60,670 bases of DNA from Desulfuromonadales bacterium (GTDB lineage Bacteria; Desulfobacterota; Desulfuromonadia; Desulfuromonadales; UBA2197): positions 1 through 60,670 of the forward strand of contig JACUTW010000005.1 of NCBI GenBank assembly GCA_014859605.1, read 5' to 3'. A model generated the notes under the pieces. That model did not search any database and was not told where the DNA came from. It saw only the letters and a program-made list of their open reading frames with translations. Below, one piece after another: positions 10,001-19,585 of this stretch. How positions within the stretch are numbered: position 1 is the stretch's first letter; every line of letters begins with the position of its first letter. The position numbers and the translations under genes were made by a program.

Positions 10001-10535
10001 GCTCAGTGAGCGCGAAGTCCTCTCTGCCATCCTTTACCCCGGTGTCTTTGAAGAGTTCGACCGCCACCGCCAGGATTACGGCGATACCTCGGTCCTGCCG
10101 ACGCCGGTCTTCTTCTATGGTCTCGAAGTCGGCGACGAAGTGAGCATCGATATCGAGCCGGGCAAGACGCTGATTATTCAACTCAATGCGGTCGGCAGTC
10201 TGCAGAAGGACGGCACCCGCAACATCTACTTTGAGCTCAACGGCGAACCGCGTCAGGTGCAGGTGCAGGATCTCTCGGTGAAGAGCGACGACGCGAGCCA
10301 GCGCAAGGCTGATCCCGCCAATCTTCATGAAATCGGCGCGCCGATGCCGGGGAAGGTCTTCCGCATCAATGTCAAGGTCGGCGATGCGGTCAAAGCCGGC
10401 GACACACTATTGGCGACCGAGGCGATGAAGATGGAGACGAACATCAAGGCAAAGGAGGATGGGGTCGTCAAGGAGATCCTTTACAAGGAAGGGCAGCAAG
10501 TGCCGCAAGGGGCACTTCTGATGATCCTTGAATAG
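7083..10535 (+). CDS. pyc: Pyruvate carboxylase (single chain BC-CT-BCCP)
   Basis: ANRGEIA, HPGYGFLSEN, ERDCSIQRRHQK, RDAHQSL, IKDMAG, HLHTHDT, EAMKMET biotin motif. Start at ATG 7083 after AAGGAG. Confidence 0.97.
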   Translation: MGIRKFKKIMAANRGEIAIRIFRACTELGIKTLAIYSEEDKGSLHRYKADEAYLIGKGKGPIDAYLGIDEIIDLARKKGVDAIHPGYGFLSENAEFAEACERAGIVFIGPTALIQRQLGDKVAAREVAVAAGIPVVPGTAKPVTTDEEALIFAKDCGYPIIVKAAAGGGGRGMRVARNQKELLEGLRSAGSEALASFGNASVFLEKYLENPKHIEVQIMGDTHGNIFHFYERDCSIQRRHQKVIELAPSLDLTEEKRQEICAYAIKIATSVNYVNAGTVEFLMDQQGKFYFIETNPRIQVEHTVTEQVTGRNLVQAQIRIAEGYKFSDPEIGIASQEDIELRGFAIQCRVTTEDPQNNFAPDFGTIKAMRTAAGFGVRLDAGNGYAGALITPHYDSLLVKISTWGLTFDSARRSMYRALQEFRVRGVKTNIGFLENVVTHPEFLAGKCNTSFIDAHPELMEIPVKKDRASKTLRFIGHTIVNGYPGIKPEKAQKFRNLREAEIPEIPYAAQRPRGSRDILREKGPEGLAAWARSERRILVTDTTMRDAHQSLMATRFRTDDLDRIAEATSYLGGGLFSLEMWGGATFDVSMRFLREDPWERLDRLRAKIPNICFQMLLRGSNAVGYTNYPDNVVQEFVAQAAKSGIDIFRVFDSLNWTRGMGVAMDAVRKNNAVCEAAMCYTGDILDPKRDKYPLAYYVNLAKELEKMGAHILAIKDMAGLLKPFAAEKLVKTLKQEIGIPIHLHTHDTSSNGGSMLLLATQAGVDVVDLALSSVSGLTAQPNMNAFLAAMEGTIWDPKLNQGDMQQLANYWETVRTYYAPFESELRSGTAQVYHHEIPGGQYSNYKPQVEGLGLGHRWEECKEMYRKVNDLFGDVVKVTPSSKIVGDMAMFLVQNNYQPEDVFTKGEEMTFPQGVVDFFKGMIGQPYGGFPTELQKIILKGEQPLTCRPGELLEPIDFTAKKAEIEKKVGHALSEREVLSAILYPGVFEEFDRHRQDYGDTSVLPTPVFFYGLEVGDEVSIDIEPGKTLIIQLNAVGSLQKDGTRNIYFELNGEPRQVQVQDLSVKSDDASQRKADPANLHEIGAPMPGKVFRINVKVGDAVKAGDTLLATEAMKMETNIKAKEDGVVKEILYKEGQQVPQGALLMILE

Positions 10536-10559
10536 TCGTTTTTTGTAGGGTATGATCCT

Positions 10560-10603
10560 GAACGTCCGGTGAGCTCTGTGCCTGCCGGACGTTCTTGATT
10601 TTT
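10560..10603 (+). terminator. Possible terminator after pyc
   Basis: GAACGTCCGG...CCGGACGTTC 10-bp stem followed by TTGATTTTT. Confidence 0.45.
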
Positions 10604-10630
10604 AACCGTCGCATTTTCAAGGAGTCACTC

Positions 10631-11194
10631 ATGGGAATTGTCAGTGAATTCATGCTCGATCGTCATGATGCCGTGCTGGTGGTTATCGATGTCCAGGAAA
10701 AGCTTTGTCCGGCGATGGATGAAAAGGTCCTTGCCGGGTTGACCAAGCGGATCGGGATTTTGCAGGAAGCCGCACTGGAACTGCAGATCCCGCAGATCGG
10801 CACTGTGCAGTATGTCAAAGGGTTGGGGGAGACGATCCCGGCATTGAAGGAGCGCTTGACGGCGCCGGCGGTCGAGAAGATGACCTTCAGTTGCTGCGGG
10901 GAAGAGCCCTTTCCCGAGCAGTTGCGCAAACTCGGGCGCAAACAGATCATCGTCACTGGCATGGAGTCACATGTCTGCGTCCTGCAGACGGTGCTGCAAC
11001 TCTTGGAAGCCGGTTATATTGTTCATGTCGTTGCCGATGCAGTGATGAGCCGCAAGAAGGAAAACTGGAAGATCGCTCTAAGGATGGTGCAGCAGGCCGG
11101 GGCGGTGATCACCTCGACCGAGATCGCCCTTTTTCAACTGCTGCGGGTGGCGGGGAGTGAGGAATTCAAAAAACTCTCCAAGCTGGTGCGCTGA
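10631..11194 (+). CDS. Isochorismatase-family hydrolase (YcaC-like)
   Basis: VVIDVQEKL, QY.KGLGET, EKMTFSCC, GMESHVCVLQT, ADAVMSR. Start at ATG 10631 after AAGGAG. Confidence 0.9.
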   Translation: MGIVSEFMLDRHDAVLVVIDVQEKLCPAMDEKVLAGLTKRIGILQEAALELQIPQIGTVQYVKGLGETIPALKERLTAPAVEKMTFSCCGEEPFPEQLRKLGRKQIIVTGMESHVCVLQTVLQLLEAGYIVHVVADAVMSRKKENWKIALRMVQQAGAVITSTEIALFQLLRVAGSEEFKKLSKLVR

Positions 11195-11205
11195 CCGGTT
11201 CGCGA

Positions 11206-11700
11206 ATGAAAGAGCTCGTCCGCATCGGTGTCCTTTCCGATACACATCTGACTCTCGGTGATCCCCGGCTGGCGGCCTTGCTCGCCCATTGTCAGCACCA
11301 TTTTGCCGGGACAGAGCTGATTCTCCATGCCGGCGATGTCGTCGATCCGCAACTCCTGCCATTACTGCCGCAGCCGCTGCTGGCGGTGCGCGGTAATCTT
11401 GATCCCGCTGAACTGCCGGAACGGCGGATTGTCAAGGTGGCAGGGAAGCGCATCGGCCTCATCCATGGCTGGGGGGCCAAGTACGATCTTGAAGAGCGGG
11501 TCTTGCGGGCCTTTAGCGGTGAGCAGGTCGATTGCATCGTTTACGGCCACAGCCATCAGCCGGCCTGTCATGTCGTGAACGGTATCCTCCTCTTTAATCC
11601 CGGCAGCCCCACCGATCGACGTAACGCGCCGTTTCATTCTCTCGGCATTCTGACGATCGGTGAAGGGATTGACGGGGAGATTATTGCTTTGGATGAGTAG
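11206..11700 (+). CDS. YfcE/Vps29-like metallophosphoesterase
   Basis: SDTH, HAGD, VRGN.D, HG, GHSH, NPGS calcineurin-like motifs. Confidence 0.9.
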   Translation: MKELVRIGVLSDTHLTLGDPRLAALLAHCQHHFAGTELILHAGDVVDPQLLPLLPQPLLAVRGNLDPAELPERRIVKVAGKRIGLIHGWGAKYDLEERVLRAFSGEQVDCIVYGHSHQPACHVVNGILLFNPGSPTDRRNAPFHSLGILTIGEGIDGEIIALDE

Positions 11701-11717
11701 CAGGTCGTGCAGAAATT

Positions 11718-11812
11718 CTCCCTCCCTTTCAAGGGGAGGGTCGGGGTGGGGATGGGAAGATTTTAAACAAAAAGGCCCATCCCCCTCCTAGCCTCCCCCT
11801 TGAAAGGGGAGG
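11718..11812. repeat. Inverted doublet of REP-like palindromes
   Basis: CTCCCTCCCTTTCAAGGGGAGGGTCGGGGTGGGGATGGG and its inverted relative CCCATCCCCCTCCTAGCCTCCCCCTTGAAAGGGGAGG around an AT-rich spacer. Confidence 0.75.
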
Positions 11813-11834
11813 TACATGATACGGGAGGCACTAA

Positions 11835-12929
11835 ATGTCCAAAAGAATGAAGATTTGTATCAATACCGGCGGTGGGGATGCACCGGGCTTAAATGCCGTC
11901 ATCGAGGCGGTCACTATGGCCGCCTACACCCGGCAATGGGAAGTGTACGGCATAAAAACCGGCTATACCGGTCTGCTCAACACTGAAGAGATCATTCACC
12001 TGACTCCGGAAAAGGTGGACGGTATTGCCAGCGTTGGCGGAACGATCCTCGGTTCGACCAACAAAGGTAACCCGTTCATGATGCCGGTCTGCAACGTGGC
12101 AGGAGAATGTGCGCAGCGCGATATGTCGGACAAGGTCATCGATAACTTCCGCCGCCTCCGCTTCGATGCGCTGGTGGCCGTCGGTGGTGACGGCAGCATG
12201 GAGATTGCCCACCGCTTTGCCGAAAAAGGGATGCCGCTGGTCGGTGTTCCCAAGACGATCGATAACGACATGGGGGGGACGGATACCACTTTCGGGTTTG
12301 ATACAGCGGTCAGCATCGCCACCGAGGCGATCGACCGCCTGCATTCCACGGCAAAATCGCATGATCGGGTGATGGTGGTCGAGGTGATGGGGCGGAACGC
12401 CGGTTTTATCGCTCTTAATAGCGGCATTTCAGGGAATGCGGATGTGATTCTCATCCCCGAGATCCCTTTTGATATTGAAAAAGTTTGCGACAAGCTCATC
12501 GAGAACGAACTGCACGGCCGCAAATATGCCATCGTCGTCGTTGCCGAAGGGGCGCTACCCAAGGGTGGTGATGTGATCATTAAAAGTCCTGCTGAACCTG
12601 GTCGTCAACATGTCGTCCTCGGCGGGATTGCCGAATTTGTCGCCAAAGAGATTAGTCAGCGCACCGGCAAGGATACCCGTTCTATGGTTCTCGGGCACCT
12701 GCAGCGCGGCGGATCTCCCACTACCTTCGACCGTCTCCTCTCTCTGCGTTTTGGCGCCAGCGCCGTGCGCGCCATCGAGGCGGGGAAATTCGACCACATG
12801 GTCGCTCTTCAGTCTCCTGATATCGGCCTGGTGCCGTTAGCAGAAGCGCTGAAGATCCATAAGCGGGTGCGCGTTGATGGTGATACGGTGCTGACGGCTC
12901 GTGATCTCGGGATCTGCTTCGGAGACTGA
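11835..12929 (+). CDS. pfkA: 6-phosphofructokinase (PfkA superfamily, group III-like)
   Basis: TGGGDAPGLNA, GGTILG, GGDGS, PKTIDND, TFGFDTA, EVMGR, AEG, LGHLQRGG; GGAGG RBS. Confidence 0.93.
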   Translation: MSKRMKICINTGGGDAPGLNAVIEAVTMAAYTRQWEVYGIKTGYTGLLNTEEIIHLTPEKVDGIASVGGTILGSTNKGNPFMMPVCNVAGECAQRDMSDKVIDNFRRLRFDALVAVGGDGSMEIAHRFAEKGMPLVGVPKTIDNDMGGTDTTFGFDTAVSIATEAIDRLHSTAKSHDRVMVVEVMGRNAGFIALNSGISGNADVILIPEIPFDIEKVCDKLIENELHGRKYAIVVVAEGALPKGGDVIIKSPAEPGRQHVVLGGIAEFVAKEISQRTGKDTRSMVLGHLQRGGSPTTFDRLLSLRFGASAVRAIEAGKFDHMVALQSPDIGLVPLAEALKIHKRVRVDGDTVLTARDLGICFGD

Positions 12930-12995
12930 AGAGGTGATAGGGTAGGGTAAAATTCCGGGTGAGTTTATGGTGCGCAGTTCGCTGTGCACCATTTT

Positions 12996-13928
12996 TTATT
13001 CGATACGATTCTTGATGGAGACGCACTTATCGGTTCCCGGACAATCCGGGCGACGGCACGGTTCGACGTGGATCGTTACATTAGCGCCGCGAATCTCTCT
13101 GGCAATGGCTTCTTCGAGATGATCCGCCAGATCGTGCGCTTCCTGTACGGTGAGGTGTTTGCAGACGGTGAGATGAAAATCCATGAGCTTCTGTGAGCCG
13201 GCGCGACGGGTGCGGAGGTTGTGAATGTCGAGGAGTTCACCGCGGTGTTGATTGACGAGGCGGAGGACTTCGTTGCGCACCTCATCGGGGAGTTCGGCGT
13301 CGAGCATGTCGCGCAGGGCATGGCGGGCGAGGCTGAGGGCTTCCTTGAGGATGTAGAGGGCGACAAAGAGCGACATGACCGGATCGAGCCAGGGGGCATC
13401 GACAAAGGCGAGGACGATCAAGCCGGCGAGGAGCGCGCCGTTAGTGTAGATATCCATGGCAAAGTGCAGGGCGTCCGCCTGCAGCGCCGAAGAGTCGGTG
13501 GCTTTGCCGACGCGGCGCAGGTAGCGGCTGATTCCGAAGGAGGCTGCCATAGAGAGAGCAAGGACGATCACGCCATTGCCGATCTGATGTACCTTGAAGT
13601 CCCCGGAATTAAGACGGCGAATCGCCTCAAACAGAATCCACCCCCCTGAAGCGGAGATCACCAGTGCTTGAATGAGGGTTGCCAGGGTTTCAAACTTGCC
13701 GTGCCCGAAGGAGTGGTCGCTATCCGCCGGTTGTTCGGCTTGGCGGATCGCGAGGAAGTTGACTCCGGACATGACGATATCGAGGAGGGAATCGACGGCC
13801 GAAGCAAGCACCGCCAGCGAGCCGGTGAGGAGGCCGACGACGAATTTCATGATCGCCAGGGTCAGGGCGGTAAAGATCGAATAGCGCGCGGCGCGGAGTT
13901 TTAAGGCCGAGGCTTCACTCTGTTCCAT
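12996..13928 (-). CDS. Cation diffusion facilitator transporter (FieF-like)
   Basis: SLAVLASAVDSLLD, PAD.DH.FGHGKFE, ALQADALHF..D, LRTR.AG, EAHDLAD, IHVEP; Cys-containing C-tail. Confidence 0.92.
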   Translation of the reverse strand: MEQSEASALKLRAARYSIFTALTLAIMKFVVGLLTGSLAVLASAVDSLLDIVMSGVNFLAIRQAEQPADSDHSFGHGKFETLATLIQALVISASGGWILFEAIRRLNSGDFKVHQIGNGVIVLALSMAASFGISRYLRRVGKATDSSALQADALHFAMDIYTNGALLAGLIVLAFVDAPWLDPVMSLFVALYILKEALSLARHALRDMLDAELPDEVRNEVLRLVNQHRGELLDIHNLRTRRAGSQKLMDFHLTVCKHLTVQEAHDLADHLEEAIAREIRGANVTIHVEPCRRPDCPGTDKCVSIKNRIE

Positions 13929-13931
13929 GAC

Positions 13932-14453
13932 TCAGCCGTTGACCTTCTGCTGCGGACAGGCTTCATCCCAGCTTTGATAGCCCCCTTCACTGATCTCCCA
14001 GAACTTGTTGATCCGTTCTTCGTAATAATCGAGATCCTGACAGCCGGAAGCCACCTCCTCATAGCACTCTTTTGTCGCTTTACCGTGCTCTTGCAGGTAG
14101 CGGTAAAAGGCCTCGACCCCTTCGAGGATTTCACTGAGCTCAGCGCGATTCGGTTCGACGGTTTTGATGATGTACCAGTTGCCGGCAAAGTGCCGCACTT
14201 GTCCGGCCGGGAGGGTAAAGAGGTTGTTGCGGCAATGGTCGACAACAAAGTCGCGGAGAAAGTAGTCAGCGCCGCGAGCCCAGGCGCCGGCGCGCAGGGG
14301 ATCGACGCCGGCCGCCACCGAGTCGTGGCAGAAGGTTGACAGCAGCGCAACGATGAGCTGGTCGATGCGGATTTCATCGCTCAGGCTGCCGGGGAGAAAG
14401 TGTTCGGCAGCAAAGCCCGGGTCGTCGAGCGGAAGGACTTTTTTTTCGGTCAT
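13932..14453 (-). CDS. Hypothetical helical protein (173 aa)
   Basis: Co-oriented, 3 bp upstream of the CDF gene, with an AAGGA-like RBS; no firm family recognised. Confidence 0.7.
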   Translation of the reverse strand: MTEKKVLPLDDPGFAAEHFLPGSLSDEIRIDQLIVALLSTFCHDSVAAGVDPLRAGAWARGADYFLRDFVVDHCRNNLFTLPAGQVRHFAGNWYIIKTVEPNRAELSEILEGVEAFYRYLQEHGKATKECYEEVASGCQDLDYYEERINKFWEISEGGYQSWDEACPQQKVNG

Positions 14454-14573
14454 ATTCGTTCCTTATTCGTACTTTTTGAACTAATTACATCGGAGATTGA
14501 AGATGTTAACCGGACAATGCAGACAGATTGTATGAATTTTCAAAAAAAGGGAAAGGCTGAGGGGCAGGGCAGA

Positions 14574-15194
14574 CTAAATTTTTCTGGCAATGGGTGACAA
14601 ACCTTCCTGGCGGGAAAGTTTTGCGGCTGCTTCCTTTGTTGCCGCATCGGTTGAGTACGGACCGACATAGACACGGTACCAGGTTTTTCCCTTGACCTGG
14701 AACGGCTTGACTTCAGTTTTGTAGCCCTTGCTGCGCAGCCGTTTGCTGAGATTTTGTGCGTTTTCTTCGCTGGTGCTAGAGGCAGCCTGCAGGATCCATG
14801 CACTTTGCACTGGATCCTTGCTGGATGTTGGTGCTGCGGTGGGAGTTGTTTCAATCTTTTCGGCAGTAGCCACGGGCAGCACCGTCTCCATCCGATTGCT
14901 GGTCGCGGCGGGTGTTGTTGCTGCCGGTGCAGCTGTCTGGGGGCTGGCGTGGTTGATGCCGCTCCCCAGGGCCGTGGTCTCTCCCTTGGGCAGCGCTTTG
15001 TAGAAATTGAAGTTTTGTGCCGTTGCCGGTTGAGCTTCAACCGGCATGGTGACCTTGACGATCGGTTGTACCGGGGCGCTGCTGCGACCGATGATGATAC
15101 CGAGGACAAAGCTTACCGCGGCGGTAAAGAGGAGGAGAACGATTTGCCGCAGCGGTCGGGATTCCCCGGAATTATGTGAATAGGGTTGGGTCAT
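14574..15194 (-). CDS. SPOR-domain cell-division protein (FtsN/DedD-like)
   Basis: N-terminal TM helix, FNFYKALP motif, Ala/Thr/Pro linker, C-terminal SPOR (WILQAAS...WYRVYVGPY); directly downstream of argS. Confidence 0.85.
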   Translation of the reverse strand: MTQPYSHNSGESRPLRQIVLLLFTAAVSFVLGIIIGRSSAPVQPIVKVTMPVEAQPATAQNFNFYKALPKGETTALGSGINHASPQTAAPAATTPAATSNRMETVLPVATAEKIETTPTAAPTSSKDPVQSAWILQAASSTSEENAQNLSKRLRSKGYKTEVKPFQVKGKTWYRVYVGPYSTDAATKEAAAKLSRQEGLSPIARKI

Positions 15195-15203
15195 GACTGC
15201 GTT

Positions 15204-16889
15204 CTACATGCGTTCCGGTGCGTTGATCCCGAGCAGGGATAAGGCGTTGGCGAGAACGTGCCGGACAGCGTTGACCAGATACAGGCGGGCAGCACTGGTC
15301 TCGGCATCGTCAACCAGCACCCGATGCGAGTTATAGTAGTTGTGAAAAAGAGCCGCGATTTCTTGCAGGTAGATCGTCAAGCGATGGGGTTCACAGACAG
15401 ACGCGGAGGTATTGACGACCTCCGGATAATGGATGAGAAGTTTGATCAAGGCGAGTTCTTCGGTCAGTTGCAGTTTGGCGACAGGAGCCGTCCCGACGGT
15501 CGGGCAGATCATCCCGGCTTCTGTGGCGTTGCGATTGATGCTGCAAATGCGCGCATGGGCATACTGAACGTAAAAGACCGGATTGTCGACCGATTGCTGT
15601 TTGGCGAGATCGATATCGAAGACCAGTTGCGAATCGGATTTGCGCATGACAAAGAAGTAGCGGACCGCGTCCCGGCCGACTTCATCGATCAGGTCGCGCA
15701 GGGTGACATAGCTGCCGGCGCGTTTGGAGATTTTGACCTCTTCGCCGCCGCGCAGAACGGTGACCATCTGGTGCAGCACATATTCCGGCCACCCTTCGGG
15801 GATGCCGACAGCGAGGGCCTGCAAGCCGGCGCGTACCCGGGTGACGGTGCTGTGATGGTCGGCGCCCTGTTCGTTGACGACCCGGACAAAGCCGCGCTGC
15901 CATTTATTCAGGTGGTAAGCGACATCGGGGACGAAATAGGTGTAGCTGCCGTCTGATTTGCGCATCACCCGGTCTTTGTCATCGCCGTAAGCGGTGGTGC
16001 GTAGCCAGAGAGCGCCGTCCTGCTCATAGGTGTGGCCGTTTTCGATGAGACTTTGCACCGTCGCTTCCACCAAGCCGTCGCGGTACAGACTCGATTCGAG
16101 GAAGTAGTTGTCAAAGTGCACGTCGAAAGCGCGCAGATCCTGATCCTGTTCCCGGCGCAAAAAGGCGACCGCAAAATGTCGAATTGCTTCCAGGTCCTGG
16201 GCATCGCCGGTCGCAGTCACCGCCTGGTCGCCGGCACTGACGCTCTCCCTGTTTAAATAGGCGGCAGCAACATCTTTGATGTATTCCCCTTGATAGCCGT
16301 CCTGCGGCCACCCCGCATCCCCGGGTTCGATGCCAAGGCAGCGAGCCTGCACCGAGAGGGAGAGTTTGTTAATCTGGACGCCGGCATCGTTGTAGTAGAA
16401 TTCCCGACAGACCTCCCAACCGGTGGCGGCCATCAGGCGGCACAGAACATCGCCGATAGCGGCGCCGCGGCCATGACCGATATGCAGCGGGCCGGTAGGG
16501 TTGGCGCTGACGAATTCAACCTGCACCTTGCGTCCGTCGCCGCTGGCGCTTTGTCCCCATTGGCTGCCGCCGCGATGGATGGCGTCAAGGACCTGATACC
16601 AGCAGGACGGGTCCAGAAAGAAGTTGATAAAGCCGGGGCCGGCGATCTCAACCTGCTGAATCAGACCCGCACCGTTGCCGAGAGCCGCGACAATAATCTC
16701 CGCAATCTTGCGGGGTGCCTTTTTCTCGTCGCGGGCCAGAAGCATGGCGACGTTGGTGGCAAAGTCACCATGCTCGGGATTGCCGGGAACTTCAACGACA
16801 AAGGGGGGGGTGATTCCGGAGTGCAGGGAGCCATCTTCATAGCAGCGAAGCAGGGTTTGCTCGATAAGGCGGTACAGGGTTTCTCTCAT
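15204..16889 (-). CDS. argS: Arginyl-tRNA synthetase
   Basis: [54 protein letters not shown]-terminal APERM. Confidence 0.97.
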   Translation of the reverse strand: MRETLYRLIEQTLLRCYEDGSLHSGITPPFVVEVPGNPEHGDFATNVAMLLARDEKKAPRKIAEIIVAALGNGAGLIQQVEIAGPGFINFFLDPSCWYQVLDAIHRGGSQWGQSASGDGRKVQVEFVSANPTGPLHIGHGRGAAIGDVLCRLMAATGWEVCREFYYNDAGVQINKLSLSVQARCLGIEPGDAGWPQDGYQGEYIKDVAAAYLNRESVSAGDQAVTATGDAQDLEAIRHFAVAFLRREQDQDLRAFDVHFDNYFLESSLYRDGLVEATVQSLIENGHTYEQDGALWLRTTAYGDDKDRVMRKSDGSYTYFVPDVAYHLNKWQRGFVRVVNEQGADHHSTVTRVRAGLQALAVGIPEGWPEYVLHQMVTVLRGGEEVKISKRAGSYVTLRDLIDEVGRDAVRYFFVMRKSDSQLVFDIDLAKQQSVDNPVFYVQYAHARICSINRNATEAGMICPTVGTAPVAKLQLTEELALIKLLIHYPEVVNTSASVCEPHRLTIYLQEIAALFHNYYNSHRVLVDDAETSAARLYLVNAVRHVLANALSLLGINAPERM

Positions 16890-16976
16890 GTCAAACGTTG
16901 TCTTTCTCAGTCGTCTTCGCGGCGGGTGGCGGCGCGGTCGTACGGCTTCAGTATAATCGGGACAGTGAAGGTCTTT

Positions 16977-17342
16977 TTATTGCCCATCAGGTCGCACTTG
17001 CGTGGCACTGGATGGCTTTTCGCTGTTTGGAAACTGATAGATGATTTCATCGGCTTTGACCATACCGAGATCACGGCGGGCCAGGGATTCAATATATTTT
17101 CTGTTATGCATTAATGAATCTATCTCTCGTCGGGTTTGAGCGTTTTGTTCTTCAATCTTTTCCAGTTCGGCGCGGAGGGCCTTTTTGTCCTGATCGTACT
17201 GCAGCCAGCGCATCAAGCCGTGTCCGCCGAACAGGATTGTCAGCAGCAAAGCACAGCCGGCCACCGTCGCAATCACAAGCCAAAGATTGGGCCCCGGTTG
17301 TTTCGGTTCATTCTTTGGCGGAGTGGGCTCTGCTCGGGACAT
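16977..17342 (-). CDS. ftsB: FtsB/DivIC septum formation initiator
   Basis: Single TM helix, GGHGL, coiled coil, YIESLARRDLGMVK.DE.IY. Start taken at ATG 17342 to avoid overlap with ugd. Confidence 0.8.
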   Translation of the reverse strand: MSRAEPTPPKNEPKQPGPNLWLVIATVAGCALLLTILFGGHGLMRWLQYDQDKKALRAELEKIEEQNAQTRREIDSLMHNRKYIESLARRDLGMVKADEIIYQFPNSEKPSSATQVRPDGQ

Positions 17343-17352
17343 GGCGATCCTG

Positions 17353-18711
17353 TCAAGGCGCACTGCACGTCGTCGTGCCGCGACCCATGGCAAAATAAGT
17401 GAAGCCGTTTTCGCTCATCCGTTTTGGTTCGTAAAGGTTGCGACCGTCAAAGATCACCGGGGCAGCCATGAGTTCATTGACGCGCTCGAAATCGGGGCGG
17501 CGGAATTCGTTCCATTCGGTCACAATCGCCAGGGCTTCGGCTTTTTCTAGGGCCTGGTAGGCGTTGTCGGCAAAGCAGACGCGCTCGCCGAGGATGGCGC
17601 GGGCTTTAGGCATGGCAACGGGATCATAAACCGTCACAATCGCGCCGGCGCTGAGAAGTTCTTCAATCAGAACCAAGGACGGAGCTTCCCGCAGATCGTC
17701 GGTCTTCGGTTTGAAAGCCAGGCCCCAGACCGCGATCTTACGGCCGGCCAAAGGTTGCTGGGCTGCAGGGTCGCTTGCTGCAAAGTATCGGGAGATCTTT
17801 TTACCGAGGATCTGCTTTTGCAGGTAATTGGCGTCTTCGACAGCTTTCAGCAAAGAGAGATCGTAGTCGACACTGTTGGCACTGCGCACCAGGGCTTGCA
17901 CATCTTTGGGGAAGCAGGAGCCGCCATAACCGACACCGGGAAAGAGGAAGTCATAGCCGATGCGGGAGTCCGAGCCGATCCCTTCACGGACCGCTACGAC
18001 ATCTGCGCCGAGATGTTCACAGAGATTGGCAATCTGGTTCATGAAGGTAATTCGGGTGGCGAGCATGGCGTTGGCCGCATACTTGGTCATTTCGGCACTT
18101 TTGATATCCATGACGATGACCCGGTTGTTCTTGCGCATGAACGGTTCGTACAGTTCCTTCATCATTTCGGCGGTTCTGACGTTGTCCGTACCGATAATGA
18201 CCCGATCCGGTTTCATGAAGTCTTCGATCGCCGATCCTTCCTTGAGGAATTCGGGGTTGCTGACCACGTCAAATTCAAAGATTTCGCCGCGTTTTTCGAG
18301 TTCGGCAGCGATGGTTTTGCGCACCCGGTCAGCGGTTCCAACCGGGACTGTCGACTTGTCGACAATGATTTTGAAGCCGTCCATGCAGGCGCCGACGTCG
18401 GTGGCAACTTTGAGAACGTAGGAAAGATCCGCTGACCCATCTTCACCCGGCGGAGTGCCGACCGCAATAAAGCAGATGAGACTTGTTTGCACCGCTTTTT
18501 TAAGATCCGTAGAGAAGAAGAGCCGCGACTCGGCGACGTTTCGTTCAACCAACTCCTTGAGTCCGGGCTCGTAGATGGGAATAATGCCGCGATTGAGTCC
18601 TTCGATCTTTTCGCTATCAACATCGACACAGATGACGGTATTGCCGCTTTCGGCAAACGCTGCCCCGGCAACAAGTCCTACATAACCTGACCCAATCACA
18701 CAAAGTTTCAT
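17353..18711 (-). CDS. ugd: UDP-glucose 6-dehydrogenase
   Basis: IGSGYVG, IYEPGL, AVGTP, KSTVPVGT, SNPEFLKEG, KYAANA, GYGGSCFPKD, FKPKTDDLRE, DGRN. Start is either 18711 or 18723. Confidence 0.95.
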   Translation of the reverse strand: MKLCVIGSGYVGLVAGAAFAESGNTVICVDVDSEKIEGLNRGIIPIYEPGLKELVERNVAESRLFFSTDLKKAVQTSLICFIAVGTPPGEDGSADLSYVLKVATDVGACMDGFKIIVDKSTVPVGTADRVRKTIAAELEKRGEIFEFDVVSNPEFLKEGSAIEDFMKPDRVIIGTDNVRTAEMMKELYEPFMRKNNRVIVMDIKSAEMTKYAANAMLATRITFMNQIANLCEHLGADVVAVREGIGSDSRIGYDFLFPGVGYGGSCFPKDVQALVRSANSVDYDLSLLKAVEDANYLQKQILGKKISRYFAASDPAAQQPLAGRKIAVWGLAFKPKTDDLREAPSLVLIEELLSAGAIVTVYDPVAMPKARAILGERVCFADNAYQALEKAEALAIVTEWNEFRRPDFERVNELMAAPVIFDGRNLYEPKRMSENGFTYFAMGRGTTTCSAP

Positions 18712-18745
18712 GGCTGCATCCATTTCTGTTGATCATTTTAAAGAT

Positions 18746-18777
18746 TCCGGCCTGCTTGCCAAAGCAAGCAGGCCGGA
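18746..18777 (-). terminator. Hairpin downstream of the comEA-like gene
   Basis: Perfect 14-bp stem TCCGGCCTGCTTGC / GCAAGCAGGCCGGA with a 4-nt loop; weak U tract. Confidence 0.55.
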
Positions 18778-18803
18778 TGTCGCTAGTCTTTTCTATTTAA
18801 ATC

Positions 18804-19142
18804 TTATTCAAAGCGGATAAGCGGCTGAATCTTTTCGAGGGTTTTCTTTCCGACCCCATTGACCTTCAAGAGATCCTTCGAGGTCTTGAATGGCCCTTTT
18901 TCTGTCCGGTAAGCAACAATGGCGTCGGCACTCTTTTTCCCGACGCCGGGGAGTTTTTCAAGTTCCTTCGCAGTTGCCGTGTTGACATTGGTCAAGTTGG
19001 CAATGGCTGCCGATTCTTTGGCTGCGGGCGCTGCTGCTACTGGTGCAGGGACTGTAGTACTGGCCGGTTCCTCGGCCAACACTGGTGATGCAGTACAGGC
19101 CAGGCTTGCGATTACAACGAGAACCAGTAAAAATCTTTTCAT
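18804..19142 (-). CDS. comEA: ComEA-family helix-hairpin-helix DNA-binding exported protein
   Basis: Signal peptide MKRFLLVLVVIASL, then NVNTATAKELEKLPGVGKKSA.AIV.YR...GPF....DLLKV.GVGKKT; GGAGG RBS before ATG 19142. Confidence 0.88.
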   Translation of the reverse strand: MKRFLLVLVVIASLACTASPVLAEEPASTTVPAPVAAAPAAKESAAIANLTNVNTATAKELEKLPGVGKKSADAIVAYRTEKGPFKTSKDLLKVNGVGKKTLEKIQPLIRFE

Positions 19143-19446
19143 CTTCCCCTCCGTAACGTTAGGTGTTGATAGTGGATGGATTTCTGTGTGGGTGCCGATA
19201 ATCTTCCCTCCCAACGTCCGAAATTCGGGCCTGCTTTGACCCATCAGAGACATCCCGTTAACAGAAATTCATACGGCGTGATCTGCCGATTGCGAATTGC
19301 TATTGAATTAGCATGGCAGACAAAGAATCGTCAACTGATTTTAAACTTTCCTCCTCTGTTTTTCTGGTCAAAAATAGAAATGTCCTTACAGAAAAAGTGT
19401 AATTTTTTCGACGTGTTGTTCACTTTAACTGGTCATTTTCCTTTGC

Positions 19447-19475
19447 TTGACAGCCTTACCTTGCTGTGCTATTTT
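19447..19475 (+). promoter_or_regulatory. Sigma70-like promoter for the RomR-like gene
   Basis: TTGACA-17 nt-TATTTT with extended TGn, in an AT-rich intergenic region. Confidence 0.5.
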
Positions 19476-19585
19476 TGCAAAAATTTTTTATGTTTTCAGT
19501 AGGTTGTGTTCTAAATCGCAGTTGTATGCAGGAACCGCGGCGCTCATGAACTGTTATGTCGCTACGTCGGCCGAGGAGATTTTGA

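Noticed and set aside
19143-19330. Cyclic-dinucleotide (GEMM-I) riboswitch upstream of comEA
   Set aside because: I could not find the characteristic two-stem arrangement and conserved motifs by eye; an Infernal/Rfam scan would be decisive.
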